DNA of 61,282 nucleotides, counting the filler, from Sphacelaria rigidula (lineage: Eukaryota): NCBI GenBank assembly GCA_964200075.2. It is 7 parts of 7 records of this genome, joined end to end, with 100 filler letters (N's around TTAATTAATTAA, not from the genome) between each part and the next. Parts side by side here need not be neighbours in the genome. Positions count along the whole stretch, not along the records: positions 52,616 to 61,282 come from CAXNAA020010447.1; 6 more parts are not named here. One strand, given 5' to 3'. The translations under genes were made by a program, and so were the position numbers. The notes beneath the pieces were generated by a model. The model had not been told where the DNA came from. It ran no database searches and was given only the letters and a program-made list of their open reading frames with translations. This document shows positions 61,276 through 61,282 of this stretch, piece after piece. Numbering within the stretch: position 1 is the first letter of the stretch; the number at the start of each line of letters is the position of its first letter.

Positions 61276-61282
61276 GCCTGCG

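Overview
Eukaryotic, intron-rich, repeat-dense DNA that looks brown-algal (Phaeophyceae): it carries an EsV-1-7 repeat gene, typical MITE/SINE families, and GC-rich exons with GT-AG introns. The window is NOT contiguous. It is seven length-sorted contigs (8670, 8670, 8669, 8669, 8669, 8668, 8667 bp) joined by six artificial 100-bp linkers (N44-TTAATTAATTAA-N44), so synteny across linkers is meaningless. Genes I reconstructed by hand from splice sites: a 5'-partial CBP/p300-like gene with unusual domain order (bromodomain, ~750 aa low-complexity region, HAT C-terminal tail, ZZ finger); a ZU5-like protein with an HFS autoproteolysis motif followed by an unknown domain containing an amphipathic beta-hairpin; a 5'-partial CRAL-TRIO/Sec14 protein with a Sec16-C-terminal-like motif and a hydrophobic C-terminal region; a complete two-repeat EsV-1-7 gene; a compact SET/post-SET gene; and exons of unknown genes. 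Mobile DNA includes a degenerate mariner transposase, a degenerate LTR-retrotransposon gag, piggyBac-type and TA-target MITEs, foldback elements, a tRNA-derived SINE head and several tandem arrays. All domain calls come from motif recognition by eye; no searches were run.
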